DNA of 64,000 nucleotides, taken from Candidatus Terrybacteria bacterium RIFCSPHIGHO2_01_FULL_48_17. GTDB taxonomy: Bacteria > Patescibacteriota > Minisyncoccia > Terrybacterales > 2-01-FULL-58-14. The translations under genes were made by a program, and so were the position numbers. This document shows positions 46,150-55,853 of this stretch, one piece after another (positions within the stretch are counted from its first letter, which is position 1; each line of letters starts with the position of its first letter). Where the stretch lies: assembly GCA_001822835.1 (NCBI GenBank), contig MHSS01000008.1:9039-73038 (forward strand), given 5' to 3'. The notes beneath the pieces were generated by a model that was not told the DNA's origin, did no database searches, and worked only from the letters and a program-made list of their open reading frames with translations.

Positions 46150-47297
46150 GGTGTCTGAAGAATCGTAGTAAGCGTTTGTTGAGCACATGATTTCCATGAG
46201 AAATCCCGTGCACGTATACGGCCTGATTCTCTCATATTTTTACGCAACCCTTCATTATTCAACACGTCACGGAATGCCCTCTCAATTGTTCCGACATCGC
46301 GCGTATTTGAAACATCATAAGCTGCATCGCCGACAACTTCGGCAAGAGAGGTGTTTTTGGTTGTAATTAAAGGAGTGCCTGCTGCCATTGCTTCAAGCGC
46401 CGGCAACCCAAACCCCTCGTAATCCGAAAGCCATACCATAGCGGTTGCTGACTGGATTATTGCAGGTAGCAATTGTGGGTCAATGAAGTCAACACGTTTT
46501 ATCGCATCTCTCCCAAGCCGATTGTTGATTTCTCTTACACGTTTATTGATATTGGCAGGAGGTCGTGTTCGATCTTTCCCCGCAATTAAAAACTGCAGGT
46601 CCTTAAATTCGTGTGCGATTCTCTCAAATGCCTGTATGCACTCGGGAATATGTCTGCGCGTGAAAATTGATCCCACAAACAAGAAAAATGGAGGCAAGAT
46701 GCTATATCGCATGCATGCCCTTTTTTTGTCTTCTTCTGTTTCATCAAAGAAAAACTCTTCCCCTGCCCCCTCGGGCGTAACGATGGTTTTCTCCTTTCGG
46801 ATATACCACACTCGTGTTATTTCGGTTTTTGTAAACTCTGAAGGCACAAATATATGCGCTGCACGCGTTGCGGACCAACGCGACAGGATCGGTAAAAAAA
46901 TACGATCAAACATTCCCGGCCAAAAATAAAGATCGGGTCGTGCCGCATAGACAATGTCATGTATAGTTACGCTAAACGGCACACTACTTAGGAGAGGCGC
47001 GACATATGCGGGATAAAAGGCATGTTCAATATGATCTTTACGCAATGCCCACGGGAAAGCGACATGAAGAAAAAAAGCGTTCGAGGGATGGCCAAAGTAC
47101 ATGGGCAGGCGTTTCAACGAAAAAGAAGGGGCTCCAAAAATTTTTGCAATATCGGACGGTATCTCTTTTTTAAAATAAAGGAAAAACTGAGCATGTATGG
47201 ACGATGTTTGTTTCCATTCCTTGAGTAATTCATAAAGATACCGGCCCACGCCGGTTCTCTCTCCTTCTAATGATCGAGCATCAATACCTATACGCAT
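46146..47297 (-). CDS. Glycosyltransferase family 4
   Basis: MRIGIDAR, TGVGRY, TIHD, YEGFGLPALEAMAAGTP. Confidence 0.92.
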   Translation of the reverse strand: MRIGIDARSLEGERTGVGRYLYELLKEWKQTSSIHAQFFLYFKKEIPSDIAKIFGAPSFSLKRLPMYFGHPSNAFFLHVAFPWALRKDHIEHAFYPAYVAPLLSSVPFSVTIHDIVYAARPDLYFWPGMFDRIFLPILSRWSATRAAHIFVPSEFTKTEITRVWYIRKEKTIVTPEGAGEEFFFDETEEDKKRACMRYSILPPFFLFVGSIFTRRHIPECIQAFERIAHEFKDLQFLIAGKDRTRPPANINKRVREINNRLGRDAIKRVDFIDPQLLPAIIQSATAMVWLSDYEGFGLPALEAMAAGTPLITTKNTSLAEVVGDAAYDVSNTRDVGTIERAFRDVLNNEGLRKNMRESGRIRARDFSWKSCAQQTLTTILQTP

Positions 47298-47317
47298 AGG
47301 ATTTTGTGCCTTATACA

Positions 47318-48268
47318 CTATTCTTTAATTTCTCCTACCTTATGCAGCCATGCATCCCGTATGCCAAGCATAACGCCAGCAGCAAATGGGCGTTTTTCGG
47401 GCAAAAACAGCCATTTAACGGCATGCCATGCGGCTCTCGGTACACTCCACAGATAAGCAAGAATAATCTTTCCAAACGGGGCGTTGCGCAAACATAAAAA
47501 AAGACCGCCCCTCACGTGATAGCGCACATATTTCACCGATCGTTCGGGCGTGCTTGCCGCACCCTTATGCCACACCTTTGCGGCAGGAATAACGGCACAC
47601 AACCAACCTGCTTTTTTCGCACGCAGCGACCATTCGGCATCCTCGTAATATAAAAAATAGTCTTCTGGCATAAGATGGATTTCCTCAAGAATTTGTCGTC
47701 GGATCAACAAACAGCCACCGGTTGCGTATCCGGTCTCCACATACTCATGCCCATTCAACTGTCCAGAATCCATCTCGTTGACGAAGCGATGTTTTCCTCT
47801 CGTGTATAACCAATTGATATCAGCACCCGCAAACCAAAACTGATTTGTTTTTTCCCCATTGTCTTTCATTCGATATATTTTAGGATTTGCCAAGCCAATA
47901 GTATGATGCTTTTCCATCACGTCAAGCATCTGTTTTAAGAACCCGGGGTCCACGATAGTATCGTTATTCAATAAAAGGACATAGCCAGCACCTTTGTGGT
48001 AGGCAATTTTAATGCCTATATTATTGCCGCCGGCAAAACCGAGGTTCTCCTTGTTGGCAATCAGGGTATAGGGTACAGGGTACAGATCCTTATTTTTATC
48101 GATAAATTCTTGGATTTTCGTTACGGACTCATCTTCTGATCCGTTATCAACGACAAGTACTTCAAAAACGGGCTCTTTGACAACCAAAAGCGACTCGAGG
48201 CATCGCAAGGTGTCTTTCCATCCATTCCAATTCAAGACAATTATGGTGGTTTTAGTCGGTTTTTCCAT
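47318..48268 (-). CDS. Glycosyltransferase family 2 (rhamnosyltransferase-like)
   Basis: IIVLNWNG, VVDNGS, NLGFAGGNN.G, LLNNDT, FLYYEDAEW. Confidence 0.92.
   Translation of the reverse strand: MEKPTKTTIIVLNWNGWKDTLRCLESLLVVKEPVFEVLVVDNGSEDESVTKIQEFIDKNKDLYPVPYTLIANKENLGFAGGNNIGIKIAYHKGAGYVLLLNNDTIVDPGFLKQMLDVMEKHHTIGLANPKIYRMKDNGEKTNQFWFAGADINWLYTRGKHRFVNEMDSGQLNGHEYVETGYATGGCLLIRRQILEEIHLMPEDYFLYYEDAEWSLRAKKAGWLCAVIPAAKVWHKGAASTPERSVKYVRYHVRGGLFLCLRNAPFGKIILAYLWSVPRAAWHAVKWLFLPEKRPFAAGVMLGIRDAWLHKVGEIKE
48062..48085. repeat. 3 x 7-nt repeat in frame in GT2
   Basis: cagggta tagggta cagggta cag (encodes LYPVPYTL). Confidence 0.75.
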
Positions 48269-48274
48269 ATTTTT

Positions 48275-48430
48275 TACGAGCGCGTAGTGCTTCGAGCGGG
48301 TTACGAGGCCGGAGCGGCCATGGTTCCCGCTTCAATAAAAATTATAATCGTACGCGGGAGAGCGAAAGCCGAGTCCCCGAGTTCCGCTCGGTGGGCGGAA
48401 CGAGGAAAGCAAGAAGCACTACCGCGAGTA
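48275..48430. repeat. Nested REP-like structured element
   Basis: Outer arms tacGAgcgcGTAGTGCTTC / GAAGCACTACcgcGAgta; inner GCGGG..CCCGC and ccGAGTTCCGC..GCGGAACGAgg hairpins. Confidence 0.7.
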
Positions 48431-51106
48431 TCATTCCCATACTTTTTGTACCACGGTTCCGGGATAATACGTCGTTACAATTGTAGCCGCTACTGAACCA
48501 AGCTCTGCCATTTTGCGAGCACCTGCAGCATCAAGACCAATGCAATGCACTGCTCCGCCACAGGAAGTATATTTATATGTCGTGCCTTCCGGATCCCCTA
48601 CCCCGCCTTTAAGATATTGGTATGCCGCCTCGCAAAATTTTCCGCCCCAAAGCATGCAGGCATTTAGTGTTGGTCCGGGAGCTCCCGAAGAATACGCAGA
48701 AAGTACCGGAGTACCAATATACATTGCAACCATGCCTCGTGTTGCTACAACCGCCGCAACCGGGTCTTTGGCGCGCAGTTCAAAATTATATCCCTTGTAC
48801 CACTGGTCTGCGGTAGTGCGACGAATATGGAATGGCTCCTCTGCCCTTTTGCCCCCTTTCTTAATATAGTGATATGCGTATGAACGCGTAGTAATAGCAA
48901 ACGCTTTAGCGTATTCAGGATTCTCACCGTTAATGGTCTCGGCAATTCCTTTCAGATAACTTTCAATAGGCAATTCATTAATAAACCAAAAAGTGCCCGT
49001 ATTGTCTTGTCTTAATTCAATAATGCCACGAAAACGGTTATCGTTTAAACCGTTCCATGCAGGATCTGTATAAGGCGCAATAGTGGCAATACCCTCCACG
49101 TGTGGCTCAAATCGCCAGATCTCGGCGTTTTGCGGGATAACGCTATATGTCGTTCCTCCTACTTGGGTCGAAACCGTGGTTCCGTTTTTCTTTACGGAAT
49201 ATAAGACATCATAAGAGATATCAATTTGATTACCAGAAGCTACAGTCGCAAGCCCCACGCGCATCGTTGGCTCCACCGCCCCGCTATTTGTTTGGTTTTG
49301 CTGTTCTTGCTGTTGTTGATTGGCCTGGTTCTGTTGTTGACTGACAGCCACGGGTTCTTGCGTAGCATCGGCTGCCGAAATAATGGGTTGTGCTTCCGGA
49401 TATGCGGAAAGTTCCGAAAGGGTAACCGATCGTATGGCATCCCAACGGAAATTCAACGCCAGAAAAACATCCGGAGTTTGTATCCAACGGCGAAATCCTT
49501 TTTGTACAACGTAAACAGCCCCGCTGCCTTCGGTCCTGATAAGCGACCCGTCCGGCCATGTCACATACTGACCCTGTGAATAGTAGGATGAAAGCTCCTG
49601 ATCAGAAACCGTTCTGATATCATCCCATCTGAAATTTTTGGCGACAAACAAGGCAGCAGAAGCAAAGGGACGTTTCAGGCCATTTTCTAAAAGATATACT
49701 GTGGGTGCAGCACCCTTCACAAGAGAACCTGACGGAAAAAGCATAGGATCTGCTTTAGCGTAACCTGAAAGATCTTGATCGAGTAACGATTTAATAGCAG
49801 ACCAAGCATAACGCAACGCAGTAAAAAGCGGTGCTGAGGAAATGTGGCGGAGTTTCCCTGATTCGAATATATAAACCCTTTCGTCTGATCCTTTAACTAA
49901 TGTCCCGTCGGGGTATGGAAGTGGGTTGCCAATGCGCCAAAGCGACAATTCACGGTCAGATGCCTCTTGTATCGCATCCCATCGAAAACCCGAGGCGACA
50001 AAAAGATCTGCCGTAGGTATGGCGCGACGTATTCCCTGCTCGATTTTATATACCCTAGGACGGGTAAACGATTTTACTAAAGATCCGTCAGGCAAACTCG
50101 AAAGTGTTGCGCGGGGGAAAAGCGTTAATTGGGTACGCGCGATCAAAAATGCTAAAACGGCCGAAGCATTACGATCGTGTAATGCTCCCTCTTGTATCGC
50201 AAACACGCCCTGCATATTTTGTGCCTGATAAAACATCCCAGCGAAAGTTTGTACATATGGCGTCGCAGCAATACGGGCCGGAGCCATATCATAAGTATCG
50301 GAATTGCCCGACTCAATATCCCCATGGGATGCGAGCGTTGGCCCTACAAAAGAAGAACCGAAAGAACCAGAAGCAACATCGCACGAACCGTCACTGCGTT
50401 TCTGGTTTTGCCAAACCGTCGTGGTGACGTTCATTGCCGCAGGGTCAAAACCGTTTGCCGCACCAAGCCAAGCGGCAAGTCGCGCAACAGAATCCTCCTG
50501 CTCTTGGCTCATTAAACCTGCCCGCCAATCCCCCAACAACAGCACGCCGGCTGTTCCAATATTAAAATTTTGGCACGTTGCATCTTTATAAAGATGAGCC
50601 GCCCGGGAACCGTTGCCGCCATAACGCCCCTCGTATATCCTCCCCTGCCGATCAATGATATAGTTATATCCAATATCGCCCCACCCGCGCGTTACACTAT
50701 GATAGCGGTAGATATTTTGAATCGTGGAAATCGGATATTGGGTTGCGTTTTCAGTACAGCGTTCAGGATTCAAGCATCCCTGATCATGCAACACTATGCG
50801 TTCCACACGGCTATAATCAGGAGGGCTAGTGCTTTGGGCATCTGGAAGCCAGGTTAAAAGATTTTTCAGATCTTGTGTATTTTCCCATGTCCCGCGGGAG
50901 TAAACTAAAGGAACATCGCTGCCGGAATACGTTGTTTCTGTAGAAAGAGAGGTTCCGCTTGTTTCGGAAGGTATTGTTTGCGGGTCGGCTTCATTTGATC
51001 CGGCCTCCTGCGCAATCGCCACAAACATCCCCGGCAATACAAAAATCGCCACCAGCAAAATGGCAGTCGCTAAAAGCATTATTACGATACCGCGCATAGG
51101 GACCAC
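48431..51106 (-). CDS. Secreted amidase_2 (PGRP-like) + repeats + SpoIID/LytB fusion protein
   Basis: Signal peptide; IVLH, H...RGWGDIGYNYIID; four repeats of about 58 aa; INELPIESYLKGIAE...AKAFAITTRSY, T.DQWY.G. Confidence 0.85.
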   Translation of the reverse strand: MVPMRGIVIMLLATAILLVAIFVLPGMFVAIAQEAGSNEADPQTIPSETSGTSLSTETTYSGSDVPLVYSRGTWENTQDLKNLLTWLPDAQSTSPPDYSRVERIVLHDQGCLNPERCTENATQYPISTIQNIYRYHSVTRGWGDIGYNYIIDRQGRIYEGRYGGNGSRAAHLYKDATCQNFNIGTAGVLLLGDWRAGLMSQEQEDSVARLAAWLGAANGFDPAAMNVTTTVWQNQKRSDGSCDVASGSFGSSFVGPTLASHGDIESGNSDTYDMAPARIAATPYVQTFAGMFYQAQNMQGVFAIQEGALHDRNASAVLAFLIARTQLTLFPRATLSSLPDGSLVKSFTRPRVYKIEQGIRRAIPTADLFVASGFRWDAIQEASDRELSLWRIGNPLPYPDGTLVKGSDERVYIFESGKLRHISSAPLFTALRYAWSAIKSLLDQDLSGYAKADPMLFPSGSLVKGAAPTVYLLENGLKRPFASAALFVAKNFRWDDIRTVSDQELSSYYSQGQYVTWPDGSLIRTEGSGAVYVVQKGFRRWIQTPDVFLALNFRWDAIRSVTLSELSAYPEAQPIISAADATQEPVAVSQQQNQANQQQQEQQNQTNSGAVEPTMRVGLATVASGNQIDISYDVLYSVKKNGTTVSTQVGGTTYSVIPQNAEIWRFEPHVEGIATIAPYTDPAWNGLNDNRFRGIIELRQDNTGTFWFINELPIESYLKGIAETINGENPEYAKAFAITTRSYAYHYIKKGGKRAEEPFHIRRTTADQWYKGYNFELRAKDPVAAVVATRGMVAMYIGTPVLSAYSSGAPGPTLNACMLWGGKFCEAAYQYLKGGVGDPEGTTYKYTSCGGAVHCIGLDAAGARKMAELGSVAATIVTTYYPGTVVQKVWE
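49385..50095 (-). repeat. Four protein-level repeats of about 58 aa
   Basis: P(D/S)G(S/T)L(V/I)(K/R)...VY....G..R......F.A....W..I......ELS. Confidence 0.8.
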
Positions 51107-51147
51107 GCCCTTATTCTACTATAAAAGACGTTACAGCACAATGGTTC

Positions 51148-52593
51148 TTACCGTTTGCGTCTCGTCCCCTGCATCATATTTAGAAGTTTTTGTGCAACGC
51201 GCCACTGGTCACCCGCACCAACCGCTAACAGGATGGCGTTTTGAGGAAGTATGTTGCGGAGCACCTGCGCGGCCTCTTGGTGTGTTGCAAAATGAGGCGC
51301 CCGCAGAGTTTTTGCAAGCTCCCTTGATCCTATTTTCCCCTTCCGCTCGCGCGCAGAACCGTATGTAGTAAGGATATACACCCTATCCGCAAGATGAAGC
51401 GCTTTTACAAAATCACGGAAAAGCGCTTGAGTACGTGAGAAAGTATGCGGCTGGAAAAGTATATGTACCGGCCGCCTGGGAAAAGCTTGTCTTGCTGCCC
51501 TTATGGTTACTGCAATTTCCGTTGGGTGATGCGCATAATCATCAATCACTACAGGGGATAAGGTGTGGGGGACAAAACGATGAGGAGAGAGAATTTCGAA
51601 ACGGCGACGAGTGCCCTGAAATGTTTTAAGTGCTTTTTTGATATGTAAAAATGGATAGCCGAGTGCCAAGCCGCACGCAATTGCTGCTACAGCATTATAT
51701 GCGTGGTGTTCGCCAAATAATTGAAGCGTCACTGCGCCAAGGCGTTTTTTATTGAAAAACACAGAAAACAATGTTCCCCGGGGGCCGACCGTAATGTTGG
51801 CGACACGAACCACGCTTCGGGGGTGTTTACCGAACGAGAAAACTTTGTGCTGCTGCTGTTGCGCCACGCGCCATGCTACCCTGTTATCTCGTGGAACGAT
51901 AATTATTCCCCTTGTTTTGAGCCGTCCGATAAACTTTTTGAATGCCCAGGCATATTTCGCAAAACTAGGAAACACATCGGGGTGATCCCATTCTACGTTC
52001 GTCAAAACTATCATATTTGGTTGATAGTGAAGAAACGCGTTTTTATATTCATCGGCCTCCAAGACAAAGTAGGGCTTAGTGCTAAGCGTTGAGTGCTTAG
52101 TAACACGCGCATTCGATTCCCAATTAAGAACCTCTGCCCCAATAAGCGCGGTTGGGTCGGCGCCGAGTTTCTCCAACATCACTCCAATCATTGCTGCAGT
52201 AGTTGATTTACCATGAGTGCCAGCAACTGCAATACCAAAAGAATTATTGAATAACTCCCCCACCGCTTCAGGATACGATAATACCGGAATGCTCCTTCTC
52301 TTCGCCTCTCGCACTTCACCGTAACCTGATCCCTTGTCCCTGGTCCTTGGTCCCTGCATATACGCATTCGACGCAACCACAAAATCCGCACCCCTTACGT
52401 TCTTTGGAGAAAACCTCTCTAGTACCGAAATACCCAACCGTTTTAAAATCGCGTCAGTATAAAATTTTTCTTTCGTGTCTGATCCCTGTACTCTATACCC
52501 CAATCCCTTCAGTATCTGCGCCAATCCCGCCATACCGGCGCCCTTAATGCCAACCATCCATATTTTTGCGTTCTTCCTAAAAACCATATGCAT
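51148..52593 (-). CDS. murC: UDP-MurNAc:L-Ala ligase
   Basis: VGIKGAGM, AGTHGKSTT, EADEY, GTRRRFE, DDYAHHPTEI, FQPHTFSRT. Confidence 0.95.
   Translation of the reverse strand: MHMVFRKNAKIWMVGIKGAGMAGLAQILKGLGYRVQGSDTKEKFYTDAILKRLGISVLERFSPKNVRGADFVVASNAYMQGPRTRDKGSGYGEVREAKRRSIPVLSYPEAVGELFNNSFGIAVAGTHGKSTTAAMIGVMLEKLGADPTALIGAEVLNWESNARVTKHSTLSTKPYFVLEADEYKNAFLHYQPNMIVLTNVEWDHPDVFPSFAKYAWAFKKFIGRLKTRGIIIVPRDNRVAWRVAQQQQHKVFSFGKHPRSVVRVANITVGPRGTLFSVFFNKKRLGAVTLQLFGEHHAYNAVAAIACGLALGYPFLHIKKALKTFQGTRRRFEILSPHRFVPHTLSPVVIDDYAHHPTEIAVTIRAARQAFPRRPVHILFQPHTFSRTQALFRDFVKALHLADRVYILTTYGSARERKGKIGSRELAKTLRAPHFATHQEAAQVLRNILPQNAILLAVGAGDQWRVAQKLLNMMQGTRRKR
52324..52358. repeat. 7-nt tandem repeat in frame in murC (others at 52076-52103 and 51553-51573)
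   Basis: acctgat cccttgt ccctggt ccttggt ccctgca. Confidence 0.75.
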
Positions 52594-52594
52594 A

Positions 52595-53362
52595 TTATCG
52601 CAACCGGGTTGCGATAGATTGTCTTAAAATCAAAATCGGAAATATAATCGCTGCCCGGAATATGCGCGGAAAACGTCTCGGTTGTGTGCTTAAACGCCAC
52701 AACCACTCAAGACCTAGGATGCGTAAAATCCTAGGGGCGCGTACTGCGGTTCCTGCCCAATAATCAATAGCTCCGCCAATACCCATCGCAAGACGGAGCG
52801 AGGATAATTGCGGCGCTACCCGCGCAATCCAGAACTCTTGCTTTGGAGCCCCAAAAGCTACGAGTAAGATCCGTGGCATGAAATGCCGGATTCTGGAAAT
52901 AATTTCCTGCTCAAGGCCTTTTTCTTCCGTCTCCCCCCCCGTCTTAACTCCTAAACTGCCGTTTTGTGGTTCGGCGTGGATAGAAAGACCCGGATATTTC
53001 TCTACGAGTTTCGCCGCGGCCTTCTGTACAACTCCTTCTCTTCCACCCACCAGTACAACCCGTTCGCCATGCCACGCCGCATGAGTAATAAGATCAAGGG
53101 CAAAATCCACGCCGCTTATCCTTCCCGGAAGAGTTCTGCCTATCATTTTGCTTGCAAGAACCACCCCAATGCTATCCGGTAAAGAAAGGTCTGCGCTATT
53201 CAACACATCACGATATGCCCGGCTTTTTCGTGCCTCAAGCAATATCTCGGCATTGGGAGTAAATATAAAATGCGTTGTGTTACTGTGGAGAAAATCGACG
53301 GCTTGTGCTAAAACCTCGCGACGACTGAGTGAACTTATCGAAACGTCAAAAATCTTGATCAT
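52595..53362 (-). CDS. WecB/TagA/CpsF family glycosyltransferase
   Basis: TPNAE, DSIGV, RISGVD, VAFGAPKQE.WI, GIGGAID, RAP, LEWLWRL..QPRR. Confidence 0.92.
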   Translation of the reverse strand: MIKIFDVSISSLSRREVLAQAVDFLHSNTTHFIFTPNAEILLEARKSRAYRDVLNSADLSLPDSIGVVLASKMIGRTLPGRISGVDFALDLITHAAWHGERVVLVGGREGVVQKAAAKLVEKYPGLSIHAEPQNGSLGVKTGGETEEKGLEQEIISRIRHFMPRILLVAFGAPKQEFWIARVAPQLSSLRLAMGIGGAIDYWAGTAVRAPRILRILGLEWLWRLSTQPRRFPRIFRAAIIFPILILRQSIATRLR

Positions 53363-53940
53363 GACGCCGTCATAACAAAAGGATAAGCGTTTACGGTTTC
53401 GTATTCTGCCCCGCTTTTTCGCAAATGGCTCTCCATAAGATCTAGGGTTTTGGGCATAAAATCGAAGGAGGGCATAATACCGATTTCTGGTTTTTTGCTG
53501 CCAAATTTCCGGCGCCATTCGTGTTCTTTCATTCTTCCGATCGTAATATGGGGCAAAAGATCACGACGTTCGAGCTCAAATGAAACCTCTAAGCGCTGTA
53601 ACGATTCTCCCAGGGCTTCTTTTAATATAGAGAGCTCCCGCGATGAATTTGCGTAAAGCCAAAACATCCTTGGCAAATCCCGTGGCGGTCCGTAATCTAT
53701 ACTGGTGAAATGGATTGAGGGTGGCGCGGACATGCGCGCAATGTTGCGTACCGCCGCTTCAATCACGCCAACGTGTCGAGGTATAACCCAACCTATAAAA
53801 AGAACGGTTATATGAAGATTTTTAGGACTGGTCCAACGAACCGGAAAATCCCATACTTTCTGTTGCCATATTCCAACCCGTTGCTTCAAATCATTGGAAA
53901 GGTTTATTGCAACAAAAAGACGTCGTTTTTTCTCCTCCAT
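53359..53940 (-). CDS. thpR: RNA 2',3'-cyclic phosphodiesterase (2H family)
   Basis: RLFVAI, two HxT motifs (LHITV, PHITIGR), LMESHL...GAEY. Confidence 0.9.
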   Translation of the reverse strand: MEEKKRRLFVAINLSNDLKQRVGIWQQKVWDFPVRWTSPKNLHITVLFIGWVIPRHVGVIEAAVRNIARMSAPPSIHFTSIDYGPPRDLPRMFWLYANSSRELSILKEALGESLQRLEVSFELERRDLLPHITIGRMKEHEWRRKFGSKKPEIGIMPSFDFMPKTLDLMESHLRKSGAEYETVNAYPFVMTAS

Positions 53941-53981
53941 TAAGAGTATAATAGCATTATAGATTAGGGGCTTGCCATTAT

Positions 53982-55847
53982 ATGTTTGTCGATGTGCTTC
54001 CTGTAATCGGAATTGGTTTTGGGATCAAGGCGCTGCTTACATATCGTAGTCAAAAATCCTTACACGAGGGGGCGCTCGTTATTGTTCCATTTGGACCACG
54101 ACGTATACCCGCCTTCGTGGTTTCATTAAGAAAATCGAAACCGCCCTTTCTGAAGATACGCGATATTGAAAAAACTGTAACCTCCTCTCCATTTCTCATC
54201 AAATCCCAATGGAAAATGCTTTTGTGGCTCGCGGAAGCGACGGCTACGCCACCAGGACAGGTTGCTCGGCTTTTTGTGCCGCCTTGGGTGATGGGTGAAA
54301 CAGAACATCTCAAAAATCCTTCCCAATCCTTTAAACCACGCAAAGGACAAAGAAAAACTGTCTTTGACTTTGGAAATAATCGAAAAATGCGGAAGGCAAT
54401 CCAAAGATCGCTTCTGGCAAAAAGGCAGGTACTTGTTTTGGCACCAACCAATGCACTCGCTGAAAATTTAGCCGAATACCTAAGACATTTCCAACCGACG
54501 CTTTATTTTGGAGGTAACCGAACGAAGGAAAGGGATCTTTGGAATGATATTCGTATAGGAAAAAGCGCATTGATAATCGGAAGTCGGTCAGCGCTATTTC
54601 TCCCTTTTTCCAATCTTGATCTCCTTGCCATAACAGATGAAACAAATCCTTTGTATTTTCATGAATTTACAAGACCCAAATTCCATATTCCTACTGCAGC
54701 AAAATTTCTTGCACAAAAAGTTCATGCCACGCTTCTTTTGACCGGAACTGTACCTTCCCTTGATACGTGGCGACGATATGAAAAAGCCATATCCCTCACG
54801 CTCCCACAACGCAATATACAAATTCTGGATCTAAAGAAAAGAAAACGCCTTCAGGTATTCACAAAAGACGCCTTGATGCTGATCGACAAGACCATTAACA
54901 ATGGAGGAAAGATATTTATCTTTGCCGCGCGTCGGGGAGAGGCGTCTGTGGTTGTCTGTCGCGACTGCGGTGCGGCGCTGGTATGTCCGCGCTGCGAAGC
55001 CCCGATGCCCGTTTTCCGAAAGAATTATAAATCAGGAGAAATAGTATTAAGATGTCGGCATTGCGGCCAAGAACTGCGCATGGCATTGGCTTGTCCGGTC
55101 TGCAGAAGCTTACGCCTTACGCCACGGGGCATAGCTGCCCAAGCCATTGCCTCAGACCTTGCCCACCATTTTCCGCATGCAGCCCTCTTTGAATTAAGTA
55201 GTGATGCGACTTCGAATCAAAAGGCCCAAAAAAAGATCCTCGACGAGTTTGCAAAAACACCCAAAAGCATACTTATCGCAACGCATATGGCATTGGCTAT
55301 GAATGTACCGCAAACCGATCTTATTATTGTTGCAACAGCAGAACAATTAGTTGCAATGCAAGATTTCCGTGCCGAAGAACGTTTTTTTGAAACAATAATC
55401 CGTCTTAAGGGCATGCTGGAAAAAACAGGTACGCTCGCAATTCAGGCGTGGCGTACCCAAAATACCCTCCTGGACACCGCGGCGCGGGGCGATTGGAACC
55501 ATTTTGCGAAACAGGAATTAATATTGCGCAAATCGCTTGCGTGGCCTCCATTTCGTCGTATTGCAAAATTGACGCTTGAAAATAAAAACGCCGAAGTGGC
55601 GGAACGGCAATCCCAAAAACTTATTTTACAATTAAAAAAATCTTTATCCCTTATCCCTTATCCCATCTCCCCCGAAGTAATCGGCCCTTCCCCCGGTCTT
55701 ATTCCTCGCCCGCGCGGGAAGCATATACGTATCCTTATTGTAAAATGGAAGCCGGGAGGAGAATTTGATACATTGGTTGAGAGAAAAATAATAAAAATTA
55801 CTCCCCCAGAATGGGAGATCACTATCAATCCTTCATCAATTATATAA
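53982..55847 (+). CDS. priA: Primosomal protein N' (degenerate helicase motifs)
   Basis: N-terminal VPFG.R, GSRSALF.PF..L, RRG...C..C...C..C...C..C...C..C zinc region, precedes def-fmt. Confidence 0.85.
   Translation: MFVDVLPVIGIGFGIKALLTYRSQKSLHEGALVIVPFGPRRIPAFVVSLRKSKPPFLKIRDIEKTVTSSPFLIKSQWKMLLWLAEATATPPGQVARLFVPPWVMGETEHLKNPSQSFKPRKGQRKTVFDFGNNRKMRKAIQRSLLAKRQVLVLAPTNALAENLAEYLRHFQPTLYFGGNRTKERDLWNDIRIGKSALIIGSRSALFLPFSNLDLLAITDETNPLYFHEFTRPKFHIPTAAKFLAQKVHATLLLTGTVPSLDTWRRYEKAISLTLPQRNIQILDLKKRKRLQVFTKDALMLIDKTINNGGKIFIFAARRGEASVVVCRDCGAALVCPRCEAPMPVFRKNYKSGEIVLRCRHCGQELRMALACPVCRSLRLTPRGIAAQAIASDLAHHFPHAALFELSSDATSNQKAQKKILDEFAKTPKSILIATHMALAMNVPQTDLIIVATAEQLVAMQDFRAEERFFETIIRLKGMLEKTGTLAIQAWRTQNTLLDTAARGDWNHFAKQELILRKSLAWPPFRRIAKLTLENKNAEVAERQSQKLILQLKKSLSLIPYPISPEVIGPSPGLIPRPRGKHIRILIVKWKPGGEFDTLVERKIIKITPPEWEITINPSSII
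55643..55670 (+). repeat. 7-nt tandem repeat in frame in priA
   Basis: tttatcc cttatcc cttatcc catctcc. Confidence 0.75.
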
Positions 55848-55853
55848 TATCTT

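Noticed and set aside
52484-52507. Further heptamer-like stretch in murC (ccctgta ctctata cccc)
   Set aside because: It encodes the normal MurC G(Y)xVxGSD motif with no length insertion.
53359-53940. ThpR as the ligase for the interrupted tRNA
   Set aside because: 2H phosphodiesterases are widespread housekeeping enzymes, the gene is 22 kb away, and nothing in the sequence links the two.
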